Source: a bacterium (GTDB taxonomy: Bacteria; JADJOY01). From it: a stretch of DNA of 64,000 bases. The notes below the pieces were generated by a model, which searched no databases, was not told the DNA's origin, and was given only the letters and a program-made list of their open reading frames with translations. Shown here piece by piece: positions 34,015 to 45,864 of this stretch (positions are counted from its first letter, which is position 1; every line of letters starts with the position of its first letter). The stretch lies in assembly GCA_046331705.1 (NCBI GenBank), contig JAXLQJ010000004.1, positions 186,001-250,000 of the forward strand, in the 5' to 3' direction. The translations under genes and the position numbers were made by a program.

Positions 34015-34103
34015 AGGTGCCCGTCGCGGCCGTTGCCGACCGCGGTGGGGCGCCCTGTTTTTACCGCTTATCCGCCTTTCGGCAACTGCCCACGCTCGAT
34101 TCG

Positions 34104-34191
34104 TGGCGGAGGGAGAGGGATTCGAACCCCCGGACGCTTTCGCGTCAACGGTTTTCAAGACCGCCGCCTTCAACCGCTCGGCCATCCCTCC
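34104..34191 (-). tRNA. tRNA-Ser(TGA)
   Basis: GGAGGGA acceptor stem, anticodon loop CTTGAAA, long variable arm, GTTCGAATC, encoded CCA. Confidence 0.97.
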
Positions 34192-34211
34192 AGCGCAGCG
34201 ACGCGGCGCGA

Positions 34212-34240
34212 ATCATAACGTCGCCGGAGACCAGCGGCAG
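34212..34240 (-). promoter_or_regulatory. Putative sigma70 promoter of the tRNA-Ser pair
   Basis: CTGCCG-N17-TATGAT followed by a GC-rich discriminator, ~20 nt before the tRNA. Confidence 0.5.
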
Positions 34241-34639
34241 CCGCCGACGCCTGCGAGCGCGCGCGGCGGTTGCGCGGTCCCCGGTGCGGTCGGTCGCCGA
34301 CAGCGGAACACCGCGGCACCGCCGTGCGCGCGACACACAACCCATCGTGCTTCGCCCGCGACCCGCGCTTCGCCGGCGCCACGACGGAGCGCGAGCAAGG
34401 CCGCCGCATGCGCGCCCTCGTGCTCGCCTGCTGGCGAGAAGCACTGGCGCAAGCTGCCGAGCTTGGTGCTCGCCAAGTGGCGGCGCTGGTGGGATTGGGG
34501 CTGGCGCTCGCACGACGCCGCGCCGTCGGCGTCCTGGTGCACGCAGTGAGCTGGTGCTTCGTCCGCGGCGCGATCGCCACCGTCGTCGCGCGCGATCGGC
34601 TTCAGGTCGAGCCGTGCTGTCTGCAGCGCCGCGAGCGCT

Positions 34640-36987
<2,348 letters not shown>

Positions 36988-37054
36988 TCAACCGACCGGG
37001 CGGGCCGGAACACCGCACCGTGGCTTCGCCGACCCGGCGCGCTCCGATGGTGCG

Positions 37055-38590
37055 TCACGCCGCGAGTGACGTCAGCAGCCGCTGCGCGAGGTACTCGGCC
37101 ACGGTGAGGATCGGAGTCATGGTGTGGCTCGAGCTCGAGGTCGGAAATCCCGACGAGTCGAAGACGTAGATCCCGCGCGTACCGTGGACCAAGCCGGCGG
37201 GATCCGCGCCACCGTCGCGGGGCGACGGCGCGAACCGGATCGTGCCCTGCTGATGGGCGCTGATCCACGGCAGACACACGGGCTCGAAGCGGATCCGGTC
37301 CACCTCGGCGAGGTCGCGCTCGCTGCGCAGCACCACCGGCGGCGAGCCAGGCGCGATCACGTCGCGGGCGCCGGCGGCGAGATAGATGCGGGCGGAGGCC
37401 CGGATGGCCGCGCGCGCCCGCTCGATCAGCTCGGGCGCGAACGTGTAGTCGATGCGAAGCCGGCCGGACTTCTCGATCCGCACGCGCCCGCTCGGCTCGT
37501 CGGGAAAGAGCTGGAGCGCCGACGCGAAGCGCGGATACCCGCGCATCGCCTCCTTCCCGGGCATCCCCGCCCACGGCAGGATCGAGCCCACGATGCCGGG
37601 CGTCCCGGAGATCGATTCGATCCGGAAGCCCCACCAGCCGTGCTCGGCGTGCTCCGGCTGCTCGAACTCGGTCACCGCGAAGGCCTGCGGAATGCCGCGA
37701 AACGCGACGACCTCGCGTTCGAAGCGCGCCACCACGGGAAGCTGCGGCTGCAAGCTCAGGTGCCGGCCGACGTGCTCGTTGCCGAGACCCGAGCGCAAGA
37801 GCAGCGCCGCCGACTCGATGGCGTTGGCGGCGAGGATGATCGTGCGCGCCCGCAGCCGCGCGCGCCCCGTGACGTGGTAGCCCTTGGCGTCGAGCGAGCC
37901 GAGCTCCACGGTCTTGAGCTCGCTCGCCGCGCCGTCGATCCGCAGTGCGCGGGCGCGCGTCCAGAACGAAGCACCGGCAGCGATCGCCTGAGGAATCGCC
38001 ACGAAGCGCGGATTGCGCTTGGCGTTCACCGGGCAGCCGATGAGGCACGTGCCCAGCCCCGCGCAGCCGACCCGATTGTTGAGCATGACCTCGCCGCGCC
38101 AACCGAGCGCCCGTGCTCCGTCGCGAAGCAAGCGGTTGTTCGCGTTGAGCATGCCCTCGGCGATCGGGCTCGCCGCCAGATCCGTCAGCGCGCGCGCCCG
38201 GTGCGGCGCCAGCGTCGCCACGGTGAAGTCCGAGAGCCCGAAGCGCCGCTGCCAGGTATCGAGGACCCCGTCGGGGATCGGCACGACGTCGCAGGTGTTG
38301 ATGACCCCGCCGCCGCCGAGGACACGGCCCTGCATCACCGCGATCGCGAGATCGCTGGTGGCACGCCCCGCGCGGTCCATGTAGAGCTGGTCGTACATCG
38401 CGCCGTCACGCTGCGTGAGGCGCGTGCCCGTGAAGTCGCCGCCTTCCTCCAGCACGACGACCTCGCGCCCGGCCTCGGCGAGCGTGCGCGCCGCCGTGGC
38501 GCCCGCCGAGCCCGAGCCGATGACGAGCACGTCGAGCGGCGCATCGCTCGGCAGCGAGTCACGCGAGAGATCGAGGATCGCGCCGGCCAT
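37055..38590 (-). CDS. GMC-family oxidoreductase (flavoprotein)
   Basis: VIGSGSAG, LGGGGVIN, CAGLGTCLIGC, SAHQQGT, DSSGFPTS. Confidence 0.9.
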   Translation of the reverse strand: MAGAILDLSRDSLPSDAPLDVLVIGSGSAGATAARTLAEAGREVVVLEEGGDFTGTRLTQRDGAMYDQLYMDRAGRATSDLAIAVMQGRVLGGGGVINTCDVVPIPDGVLDTWQRRFGLSDFTVATLAPHRARALTDLAASPIAEGMLNANNRLLRDGARALGWRGEVMLNNRVGCAGLGTCLIGCPVNAKRNPRFVAIPQAIAAGASFWTRARALRIDGAASELKTVELGSLDAKGYHVTGRARLRARTIILAANAIESAALLLRSGLGNEHVGRHLSLQPQLPVVARFEREVVAFRGIPQAFAVTEFEQPEHAEHGWWGFRIESISGTPGIVGSILPWAGMPGKEAMRGYPRFASALQLFPDEPSGRVRIEKSGRLRIDYTFAPELIERARAAIRASARIYLAAGARDVIAPGSPPVVLRSERDLAEVDRIRFEPVCLPWISAHQQGTIRFAPSPRDGGADPAGLVHGTRGIYVFDSSGFPTSSSSHTMTPILTVAEYLAQRLLTSLAA

Positions 38591-38593
38591 CGC

Positions 38594-39166
38594 TCAGGAC
38601 CCCGCGGGGCGCGCCGCGACGTAGAACGACGGCCCCGGATAGCCGATACCCGACCACACCGGCTCGCTGTCGTAGTACACGAGCGCCATGAACTTCCGGA
38701 ACGCGAACGCCACCTGGCGTCGCAGCAGGCTCGGCCCTTGGGCCCACACCCGCTCGAGATGAACGAGGGCTTCGTCGCTGGCGAGCCGCGTGAAGGTCGT
38801 GAACCGCCGCTCGAACACCAGCGGCCCGATCTCCAGCAGGAAGAGCGCCTTGGTCAGATCCGCCTGGTTCCAAGGCGGTTCGTCTGCCAGGAACCGATCG
38901 AAGGCGCGCGCGAGCTCCAGCTCGTCCGCGCCAGGCGCGGGCGTGCCGCCGCTGGGAAAGAGCGCTCGCGCCAGCGCCGCGAGCGTCGCGAACTCGCGAG
39001 CCGAGAGCCGCGCCAAGCCGTCGATCCGCGGTGCGCGTCCACGAAACGCCCGCCAACCGCCGGCGGTACCGGCGATCGCGAGCGCGCCGCCCAGCGTCCA
39101 GCGCAGCCAGCGCCGTCGCGACACGACCGCGAACCCGAACCGATCCTGCCCAGCGCCGTCGGTCAT
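38594..39166 (-). CDS. Gluconate 2-dehydrogenase subunit-3-like Tat partner of the GMC enzyme
   Basis: SRRRWL Tat motif; FTRL, YYDSEPVWSGIGYPGP C-terminus. Confidence 0.8.
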   Translation of the reverse strand: MTDGAGQDRFGFAVVSRRRWLRWTLGGALAIAGTAGGWRAFRGRAPRIDGLARLSAREFATLAALARALFPSGGTPAPGADELELARAFDRFLADEPPWNQADLTKALFLLEIGPLVFERRFTTFTRLASDEALVHLERVWAQGPSLLRRQVAFAFRKFMALVYYDSEPVWSGIGYPGPSFYVAARPAGS

Positions 39167-39296
39167 GGCGCCCCACTCTTACCACGCCCGCTTTCGCGAT
39201 CCCGGACCGAAATCACCATCGCGCCCCTGCCGCCCCGGACGAACCCGTCCGGCTCGCGCGGGCAGCGAGCGGCGGCGCCCGCTGCCGCGGCGGACG

Positions 39297-40118
39297 TCAG
39301 AGATCCACGCGGCCGATCGAATGGAGCGCGACCCAGCCATGCCAGCCGTTGGGCAGGCTCACGTGCGCCCACTCGCCGGTGGTGCCCTCGATCTGGACTT
39401 TCTCGCCGAGCGGCAGCGTGAAGAGCGACGTCTCGCTCGCCTTCGGCCCAGCGAGCACCGGCAGCGCTCCGCTCAGCGCCACGGCTTCGGGCTTGGCGTG
39501 ACGCAGGTGCGCAACCCAAGCCATGGGCGCGGCGAGCACGAAGACGACGACTGCGAGCGCGAGCGCGGCGAGCCGCGCCGTGGCGGCACGACGACTCGCC
39601 CAACCGAACGCGAGGGCGCCATGGAGCAGGACCCACGCGGCGAGGGCGAGCACGGCCCAGCCGTTCGGGCCGAGGCTCCCCAGCAACGCGTCGAGCACCC
39701 GCTCCGGCCACGAGCGCTCGGGCAACGCCTCGAGCCCGAGCCGCGATACGACCAGCGCCAGGTTGTCCCGCAGATCGGCGTCGCCCGGCGCGCGGCGCAG
39801 CGCCCGCTCCCACGCCAGACGCGCATCCGCCAGTCGATCCAGGCGAAAGAGCGCATCGCCCAGATTGAAGAAGACCGCGGAATCCCGCACGCCATGGGCC
39901 ACGAGCCGCTCGTAGCTCTGCACCGCGTCGGCGAAGCGGCCCTCGGCATACGCGTGGTTGCCTTCCTCGAAGACGTGATCGAGCTCGTTGGCGCGCGCCG
40001 TGCCAGCCAACGACACCAGCAGGAGCAGCGCGAGCGCGATCCACCGCGCGCCGCGCGCGGACGCGTCGCCCTTGGCCGCGCGATCGCGGCGGGATCGCTC
40101 GGCCCGAATCCGGATCAC
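39297..40118 (-). CDS. batE: BatE-like TPR + SH3 protein
   Basis: FEEGNHAY..FFNLG TPR, two TM segments, C-terminal GEKV..GEWAHVSLPNGWHGWV SH3; last gene of the bat operon. Confidence 0.8.
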   Translation of the reverse strand: MIRIRAERSRRDRAAKGDASARGARWIALALLLLVSLAGTARANELDHVFEEGNHAYAEGRFADAVQSYERLVAHGVRDSAVFFNLGDALFRLDRLADARLAWERALRRAPGDADLRDNLALVVSRLGLEALPERSWPERVLDALLGSLGPNGWAVLALAAWVLLHGALAFGWASRRAATARLAALALAVVVFVLAAPMAWVAHLRHAKPEAVALSGALPVLAGPKASETSLFTLPLGEKVQIEGTTGEWAHVSLPNGWHGWVALHSIGRVDL

Positions 40119-41989
40119 GAGCCGCTCCCGAGCGTCGCGCGCGCCACCGCCAGCACGCGCTCGCGGACCGCGCCGAGGTCCCCCGCGCCGCCGCCGAAGC
40201 GGGCGGCGTCGAGCTCGGTGATCAGGCGCACCAGCTCTTCCGTGGCCGCGGCGGGCAAGCCCCATTCGGCGCCGCGCTCGCGCAGCCGCGCGGCCGTGAG
40301 GTCCACGCGCGGGATGCCGAAGCGGTCGTTCAGGAACGCGCTGAGCAAGCTCGCCACCTGAGCGAGCGCTTCGGCACCCGAGCCATCGAGGCGCGCAAGC
40401 CCGCGTTCCAGCCGTGCGAAGGCCTGGCGCCTGCGCAACCCGATTGGGTCTCGCCCCTGACGCACGAGTTGCCGTCGGCGTCCCCACAGCGCGGCGTTCG
40501 CGAGCGGTGCTGCGAGGGCAACGAGCCAGAAGAGCCCCGAGCCCGTCCACGTGCGCTCGACCTTCAACGCGCGCGTCGCGGGCCGGATGTAGCGGATGTC
40601 GTTCGCCTGCTGGATGGCGCGCGCCGTCGGGCTGCTCGCCGCGGGTGCGATCACGGCCGGCGCGGCGCCCGCCGCCGCCGTCACTTCGAGCGCGTGGCCC
40701 GGCGCCTCGGCCCAGCGGTACTCGCTCGCCGCGGGATCGAAGAACGCGATCCTGAGCGGCGGAACCTGCAGCGAACCGGCACTGCGCGGGATCAGCACCT
40801 GCTCGCTCACGCGCGTTCCCGCCAGGCCGCCCTCGGTCACGTGGACGTCGTCGTTCGACTTGGACGAGAAGACCTCGAAGCCCTCGGGCTTCGGCAACGG
40901 CAGCTCGCCCGCCGTCCGCAGATTGCCCTTGCCCTCGAGGGTGACCTTCCAGGTGACGGCATCCCCCACCTGGGAGCGCTGTCGATCGAGCTCGGAGCGC
41001 ACGCGGAACGAGCCCACCAACCCCGAGAAAGCCGGCGGCCGGCCCGCCTCGGGAAGCGGTGCGAACGTGAGCACCGTCTCGTCGGATTTCGAGAAGATCT
41101 CTTGCGCCGGCGCGAGCAGCGACAGCACGCTCGGTCGATACACGACGCGCCAGGTCTCGGCGGGAAGCGTGAGCCGGCCGGCGTCGGTGGCGTAGAGGAG
41201 CTGCTGGCTCAGCGTGAACACCGTGAACACCTGTCCGTCGCGCTCCTGGGTGCGACCGGTGGCGCGCGTGTCCACCTTCAGGTTCTCGACCCAGAACCCG
41301 GTGCGATCCGTCCCGTTCACGGGCCCCGCCTGCTCGATGTGACCATCGCCGGTGCCCACCCAGAGCTCGACCGTGAGGATGATCGGCTCGCCGAGGAAGG
41401 CCGCGTTGCGGCTCAGCGTGCGGCGAATCGTCATCTGCGGGATCTCGACCGTGCCGGTGCGCGCACGACCCGAGCCGAAGGGATCCTGAAAGAAGGAATC
41501 GAAGGGATCGGTGCCCCGCTGACGGGTGCCCGATCCGCGCGGGTTCGCGCTGCCCGCGGTCACGTGCACCACCTGCGGCTCGGTGCGCATCGGCTTGCCG
41601 CCGACCGTCACCTCGAGCGCGGGAATCGTCACGTCGCCGGCCTGCTCGGGCAAGAAGCTGTAGGTGATGGTGCGCGTGCTCGTCCGGCGCGCCCCGCCGC
41701 CACCGCCGAGCACGAAGCTCGTGGATTCCGACGTGCTCGCGCCGCCCAAGCGGCGCAGCCCAGCGATCACCGGAAAGGAAGCGATCTCGGCATCCGAGAC
41801 GCTCTCGCCCTCGACGACGATCGAGACACGGAGCCGTTCGTTGGTGGCGACCGGGTTGGGCTCGACCTCCACGTGAACCTGCGGTGCCGCCGCGCGCGCG
41901 GTGCCGGCCAGAAGCGCGAGCACGGCGCAGCACGCGAGCGCGCGTCTCGCGGCAGCCGCTCGCGGCGGTGGACAAAAAGCCGCGCTCAC
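40115..41989 (-). CDS. batD: BatD-family protein
   Basis: Signal peptide; GLVGSF, VGDAVTWKVTLEGKGNL, FFDP..EY, DIRYI, C-terminal RFG; GTGA overlaps. Confidence 0.88.
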   Translation of the reverse strand: MSAAFCPPPRAAAARRALACCAVLALLAGTARAAAPQVHVEVEPNPVATNERLRVSIVVEGESVSDAEIASFPVIAGLRRLGGASTSESTSFVLGGGGGARRTSTRTITYSFLPEQAGDVTIPALEVTVGGKPMRTEPQVVHVTAGSANPRGSGTRQRGTDPFDSFFQDPFGSGRARTGTVEIPQMTIRRTLSRNAAFLGEPIILTVELWVGTGDGHIEQAGPVNGTDRTGFWVENLKVDTRATGRTQERDGQVFTVFTLSQQLLYATDAGRLTLPAETWRVVYRPSVLSLLAPAQEIFSKSDETVLTFAPLPEAGRPPAFSGLVGSFRVRSELDRQRSQVGDAVTWKVTLEGKGNLRTAGELPLPKPEGFEVFSSKSNDDVHVTEGGLAGTRVSEQVLIPRSAGSLQVPPLRIAFFDPAASEYRWAEAPGHALEVTAAAGAAPAVIAPAASSPTARAIQQANDIRYIRPATRALKVERTWTGSGLFWLVALAAPLANAALWGRRRQLVRQGRDPIGLRRRQAFARLERGLARLDGSGAEALAQVASLLSAFLNDRFGIPRVDLTAARLRERGAEWGLPAAATEELVRLITELDAARFGGGAGDLGAVRERVLAVARATLGSGS

Positions 41990-42852
41990 CAATCGCGCCT
42001 ACCCAGCGCCTCGCCCGGACCCTTGGGCGGATGCGCGTCCTGCAGCTGCCGCCGCTCCATCTGCTCGAAGCTCCGCAGCAATCCTTCGGCCTGCTCCCGC
42101 GACAAGTCCTGCTCGTCCTTGCTCGCCGTCTCCGGCGGCGGCGGCTCGGGCTGTTGCTCCGGCTTCGGAGCTTGCTCGTCGCGGGGCTCGGGCCGCTCGT
42201 CATCCGGGTCTCGGCGCTGCTGGTCTTCGTCCGGCTTGGGCTTCGAGCCCGAGCTCGACTGCCGATCCTGCTGCTGGTTCTGGTCTGGGTTGGGGCTTTG
42301 CTTTCGGTCCTGGTTCGAGCCCTGATCGTGCTGCTGATCGTTCTTCTGCTGGTCGTTCTTTTTCTCGTCTTGCTGCTTGTCGTTCGGCCCCGGCTTCTTC
42401 TGGGGCGGCTCCTTTTTCGCTTGCTCCAGAGCGAGCTCCAAGTTCCGCTTGGCCTGCTCGTTCGCCGGATCGCGCACCAGCGATTCCCGGTACGCCTGCA
42501 CCGCCTGCTTCGCCTGACCGGCGGCGAGCAGGCTGTTGCCGAGGTTGTACCAAGCCTGCGGCGCCAGCGTCGGCCCCGCGTTCTCCAGGGCCTGCTGATA
42601 CGCGGCCGCCGCCTCTTCGTGCTTCCCCAAGCGCTCGAGGGAATTCCCCAGGTTGTAGAGCAGCTCGGGGCGTCCCGGGCTCGCGGCGTTGCCCTTCGAG
42701 TAGTGGCCTGCCGCGCCCTCGAATTGCCCGTTCCGATACTTCTGGTTCCCCGCCTGGTTCTCTCCCGCCGCGGGATCGATCCACGAGAGCGGCGAGAAGC
42801 CCACCAGCAGCGGCGTCGCCGCCAGCACCCCCACGCGCAACCAGCGATTCAC
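41986..42852 (-). CDS. batC: BatC-like TPR protein with Gln/Lys/Asp/Pro-rich tail
   Basis: YNLGNS x2, AKRNLELA, low-complexity linker, LSREQAEGLL...RDW end. Confidence 0.85.
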   Translation of the reverse strand: MNRWLRVGVLAATPLLVGFSPLSWIDPAAGENQAGNQKYRNGQFEGAAGHYSKGNAASPGRPELLYNLGNSLERLGKHEEAAAAYQQALENAGPTLAPQAWYNLGNSLLAAGQAKQAVQAYRESLVRDPANEQAKRNLELALEQAKKEPPQKKPGPNDKQQDEKKNDQQKNDQQHDQGSNQDRKQSPNPDQNQQQDRQSSSGSKPKPDEDQQRRDPDDERPEPRDEQAPKPEQQPEPPPPETASKDEQDLSREQAEGLLRSFEQMERRQLQDAHPPKGPGEALGRRDW

Positions 42853-43880
42853 GTTCCACCCTTCGCCAGCGCGGCGCTGCGCGGTCGCACGGTCCACGCG
42901 AGCAACGTCTCCATCACCAGCGCGACGACTCCCAGCGCGAGCGGGATCTGGAAGCGCTCGGGCCGATTCTCCGCGGCGCGCAGCGTACGCTCACTGGTGG
43001 GCAGTCGCGCGAGCTCCAGCGCGAGCGCCTCCAGCGCCACACCGCCTGCGCGCAGCGGAAAGTAACGCCCGCCCGTGGCCTCGGCGATCGCGGTCAGCAT
43101 GCCTTCGTCGAGACGGCTGGTGACGACCTTGCCGTCGAGGTCCTTCTGATACCCGGTCACCTGATTCTTGTCGTCGACCAGCGGGATCGGTTGACCGGCC
43201 GGCGTCCCGACGCCGATCGCCTCGATCAGGATCCCCTTCTCGGCGGCCTCCTTCGCGGCGGCCAGCGGGTCGCCCTCGAGGCTCTCGCCGTCGGAGATCA
43301 GGAGCAACACCGGCTTGCCGGGTGCTCCCGCCAGCAACGTCGTTCCCTTGCGGATGGCGCCGGCGATGTCCGTTCCGGGCAGCGGCACGAGTGACGTGTC
43401 GAGCAGGTCGAGGAACATCCGGTACGCGGCGCGATCGAGCGTGAGCGGACACAGGAGGTGCTGCGAGCCCGCGAACGCCACCAGGCCGAGCCGGTCCGTC
43501 GAGCCGCGCGAAGCGAGCGCGCCCAGCACCGCCTTCGCCAGCGCCAGCCGACTCGGTGCCACGTCCTTCACGTCCATGCTCCGCGACACGTCGACCAGCG
43601 CCATCACGTCGACGCCGCGCGTGGTGAGCTCCTTGAGCTCGCGCCCCCAGCGCGGCCGTGCGAGGGCCAGGCTCGCCATCGCGACGAAGGCGAGCACCAG
43701 CGCCACGCGGACGATGCGGACCCAGCCCGGCGCGCGCGGTGCCAGACGGGGCGCGAGCGACGCCCCCACGAGCGCCTCCACCGCCGCCGCATGCCGTCGC
43801 GAGCCCCACGCGAAGAGCACGGCAAGCAGCGGCAGCGCCAACAGCATCGCGAGCCAGCCGGGCGCGCCGAGCACGTTCAT
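42849..43880 (-). CDS. batB: BatB VWA-domain protein
   Basis: ALARPRWG, DVSRSM, CPLTLD, ISDGE, VVTSRLDE. Confidence 0.9.
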   Translation of the reverse strand: MNVLGAPGWLAMLLALPLLAVLFAWGSRRHAAAVEALVGASLAPRLAPRAPGWVRIVRVALVLAFVAMASLALARPRWGRELKELTTRGVDVMALVDVSRSMDVKDVAPSRLALAKAVLGALASRGSTDRLGLVAFAGSQHLLCPLTLDRAAYRMFLDLLDTSLVPLPGTDIAGAIRKGTTLLAGAPGKPVLLLISDGESLEGDPLAAAKEAAEKGILIEAIGVGTPAGQPIPLVDDKNQVTGYQKDLDGKVVTSRLDEGMLTAIAEATGGRYFPLRAGGVALEALALELARLPTSERTLRAAENRPERFQIPLALGVVALVMETLLAWTVRPRSAALAKGGT

Positions 43881-44869
43881 GGGATCACCCGGAACGCCGT
43901 TCGCCCCAGGATCTCGGCGAGCAACACCGCGAGCAGCGCCGGCACCAGCAGCAGCGGGAAGAGCTCGCGATAGCGCGTGACGCGGTCGACCTCGGCGGGC
44001 GACCGCTCCAACCCGTCGATCTCCGCGAAGATCTTGGCGAGCGCCTCGCTGTCGGTGGCGCGGAAATAGCGACCGTCGGTCTCGCCCGCGATCTGCGTCA
44101 GCAGCTGCTCGTCGATCTCGACGGGACGCTGGACGTGACGCACCTGGCCGAACACATCACGCATGGGAAAGAGCGCCAGCCCCTGGGTGCCCACTCCGAT
44201 CGTGTAGATCTTCACTCCGAGCGGCTTGGCGAGCTTGGCGGCGGTCATGGGATCGATCTCGCCGCGGTTGTTCACCCCGTCGGTGACGAGCACCAGCACC
44301 CGGCTCTTGCCCTGCCCGGCCTTGAGGCGGTTGAGCGAGGTGGCGATGGCCGAGCCGATGGCGGTGCCGTCCTCGACCTCGCCGAAGTCGACCTCTTCCA
44401 CGAGCCCGGCGACGATCTCCGGGCCCAGCACCAGCGGGCATTTCGTGAGCGCCTTGCCGGCGAAGATGACCAGCCCGAGGCGATCGCCCTTGCGACCCTC
44501 GGCGAACTTCGCGATCACGCCCTTCGCCACGTCGAGGCGATTCGACGGTTGGAAGTCCTCGGCCTCCATCGAGCGCGAGATGTCGAGGGCGACCACGATG
44601 TCGATGCCCTCGCGTGTCACCCGCTCCTCGACGACCCCGAACTGGGGACGCGCCAGCGCCAGCACGGCGAGCACGACTCCCACGCCCTTGAGCGCCGCCA
44701 GCAAGCGCGGGACGCGGGTGCGAGCGGTGTGCGCCGCGTCGCGAAGCACGGCCGTATCCGAGAACAGCACGCGCCCGCGCGCCGGATGACGGCGCCGCAC
44801 CGACCACGCCCACGCCAGCAGCGGCGGCACGAGCAGCGACAACACGGCGGGATCGGCGAAGCGCACCAT
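43877..44869 (-). CDS. batA: BatA VWA-domain protein
   Basis: ALARPQ, DISRSMEAEDF, DGTAIG, TDGVNNRG, YFRATD. Confidence 0.92.
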   Translation of the reverse strand: MVRFADPAVLSLLVPPLLAWAWSVRRRHPARGRVLFSDTAVLRDAAHTARTRVPRLLAALKGVGVVLAVLALARPQFGVVEERVTREGIDIVVALDISRSMEAEDFQPSNRLDVAKGVIAKFAEGRKGDRLGLVIFAGKALTKCPLVLGPEIVAGLVEEVDFGEVEDGTAIGSAIATSLNRLKAGQGKSRVLVLVTDGVNNRGEIDPMTAAKLAKPLGVKIYTIGVGTQGLALFPMRDVFGQVRHVQRPVEIDEQLLTQIAGETDGRYFRATDSEALAKIFAEIDGLERSPAEVDRVTRYRELFPLLLVPALLAVLLAEILGRTAFRVIP

Positions 44870-44871
44870 GG

Positions 44872-45864
44872 TCAGCTCCGCGACTCCTCGGCAGGACCGG
44901 TGGCGAGGCCCACGCGCGTGCGCTCCACCACCGCGCGCACGTCGGACGCGCGCTTGCGGCCCTCCTCGGCGGTGGTGCTGGCGTTGGCGAACTTGACGCG
45001 ATCGCAATCGCGCAGCACCTGGATCGCCGGCAGCTGCGCCTGCGCGTCCACGGCGAGCCGCCGCAAGTCGCGCTCCACCTCGATCGTGGTGCGCTCCACC
45101 GCCGGGAACGTGAAGCGGTCCTCGAGGTAGCGCTTGAGGATCGCCGCGAGCTCGATGTGGAAACGGCGCAGCTCGCCCTGCGCGAGGTGCGGCGCGCCGA
45201 GCAACGCCTCGAGATCGGCGAGGGCGCGAATGTCGGCGGGGATCGGCGGCGGCAACGGCTTCGCTCGCGGCCCGCCGAAGCGCCGCTTGAGCCACCAGCC
45301 GAGCCACGCTCCCAGCGCCAGCAACCCGAGCACGACCGCCGCGATCTTCGCCAATCGCTTCCTGTCGAAGGCCAGCTCCGCGGGTGGCGCGAGATCGGCA
45401 GGGTTGGGCTCCTGCTCGCCCGCGCGCAGCACCGTCGCCACCTCGAGCTTGGCCGAGGCCGTCGTCCACTCGGCGACCGCACCGTCCGCGCCCCGCACCT
45501 GGAACGGAACCGGCGGCACGTCGACGCTGCCGATCTCGAAGGCCTGCACGTCGATGACGAGCGTGGGCCGCGCGTCCGCGGCACCGGGCGCTGGCGGCTC
45601 CACCCGCACGGCGCGCACGGCGAGCTTCCCCAGCGACCCACCCAGGTCCGGCGCCAGCACCTGCTCGCCGGCCTTCACCGGCGGATGCGCGCGCAGCGTG
45701 ACCACGTCGCCCACGTGCACCGCGTCCGTGGGGACCTCGAGCGCGACCGGCTCGTCGGCGCGCGCGGCGTTTGGCACGAACGCGCTCGCGACGGCGAGCG
45801 CCGCAAGCGCGATCCGGGCGAGCGCGCCGCCGGAGCGCCATCGAAGGCGGGGGAACGCGCTCAT
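44872..45864 (-). CDS. Bat-operon membrane-anchored protein (DUF4381/BatD-like)
   Basis: Signal peptide, central TM, LKRYLE..ERTT.E..DRVKFA; lies between DUF58 and batA. Confidence 0.75.
   Translation of the reverse strand: MSAFPRLRWRSGGALARIALAALAVASAFVPNAARADEPVALEVPTDAVHVGDVVTLRAHPPVKAGEQVLAPDLGGSLGKLAVRAVRVEPPAPGAADARPTLVIDVQAFEIGSVDVPPVPFQVRGADGAVAEWTTASAKLEVATVLRAGEQEPNPADLAPPAELAFDRKRLAKIAAVVLGLLALGAWLGWWLKRRFGGPRAKPLPPPIPADIRALADLEALLGAPHLAQGELRRFHIELAAILKRYLEDRFTFPAVERTTIEVERDLRRLAVDAQAQLPAIQVLRDCDRVKFANASTTAEEGRKRASDVRAVVERTRVGLATGPAEESRS

Noticed and set aside
34015-34103. tRNA-associated theta/HDV-like or pistol ribozyme
   Set aside because: No P3/L3 or catalytic-C junction for HDV and no pistol P1-loop pseudoknot found by eye; kept only as an unclassified structured spacer
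42120-42420. Low-complexity Gln/Lys/Asp/Pro stretch as a tandem repeat or foreign DNA
   Set aside because: Normal disordered linker of BatC-type proteins
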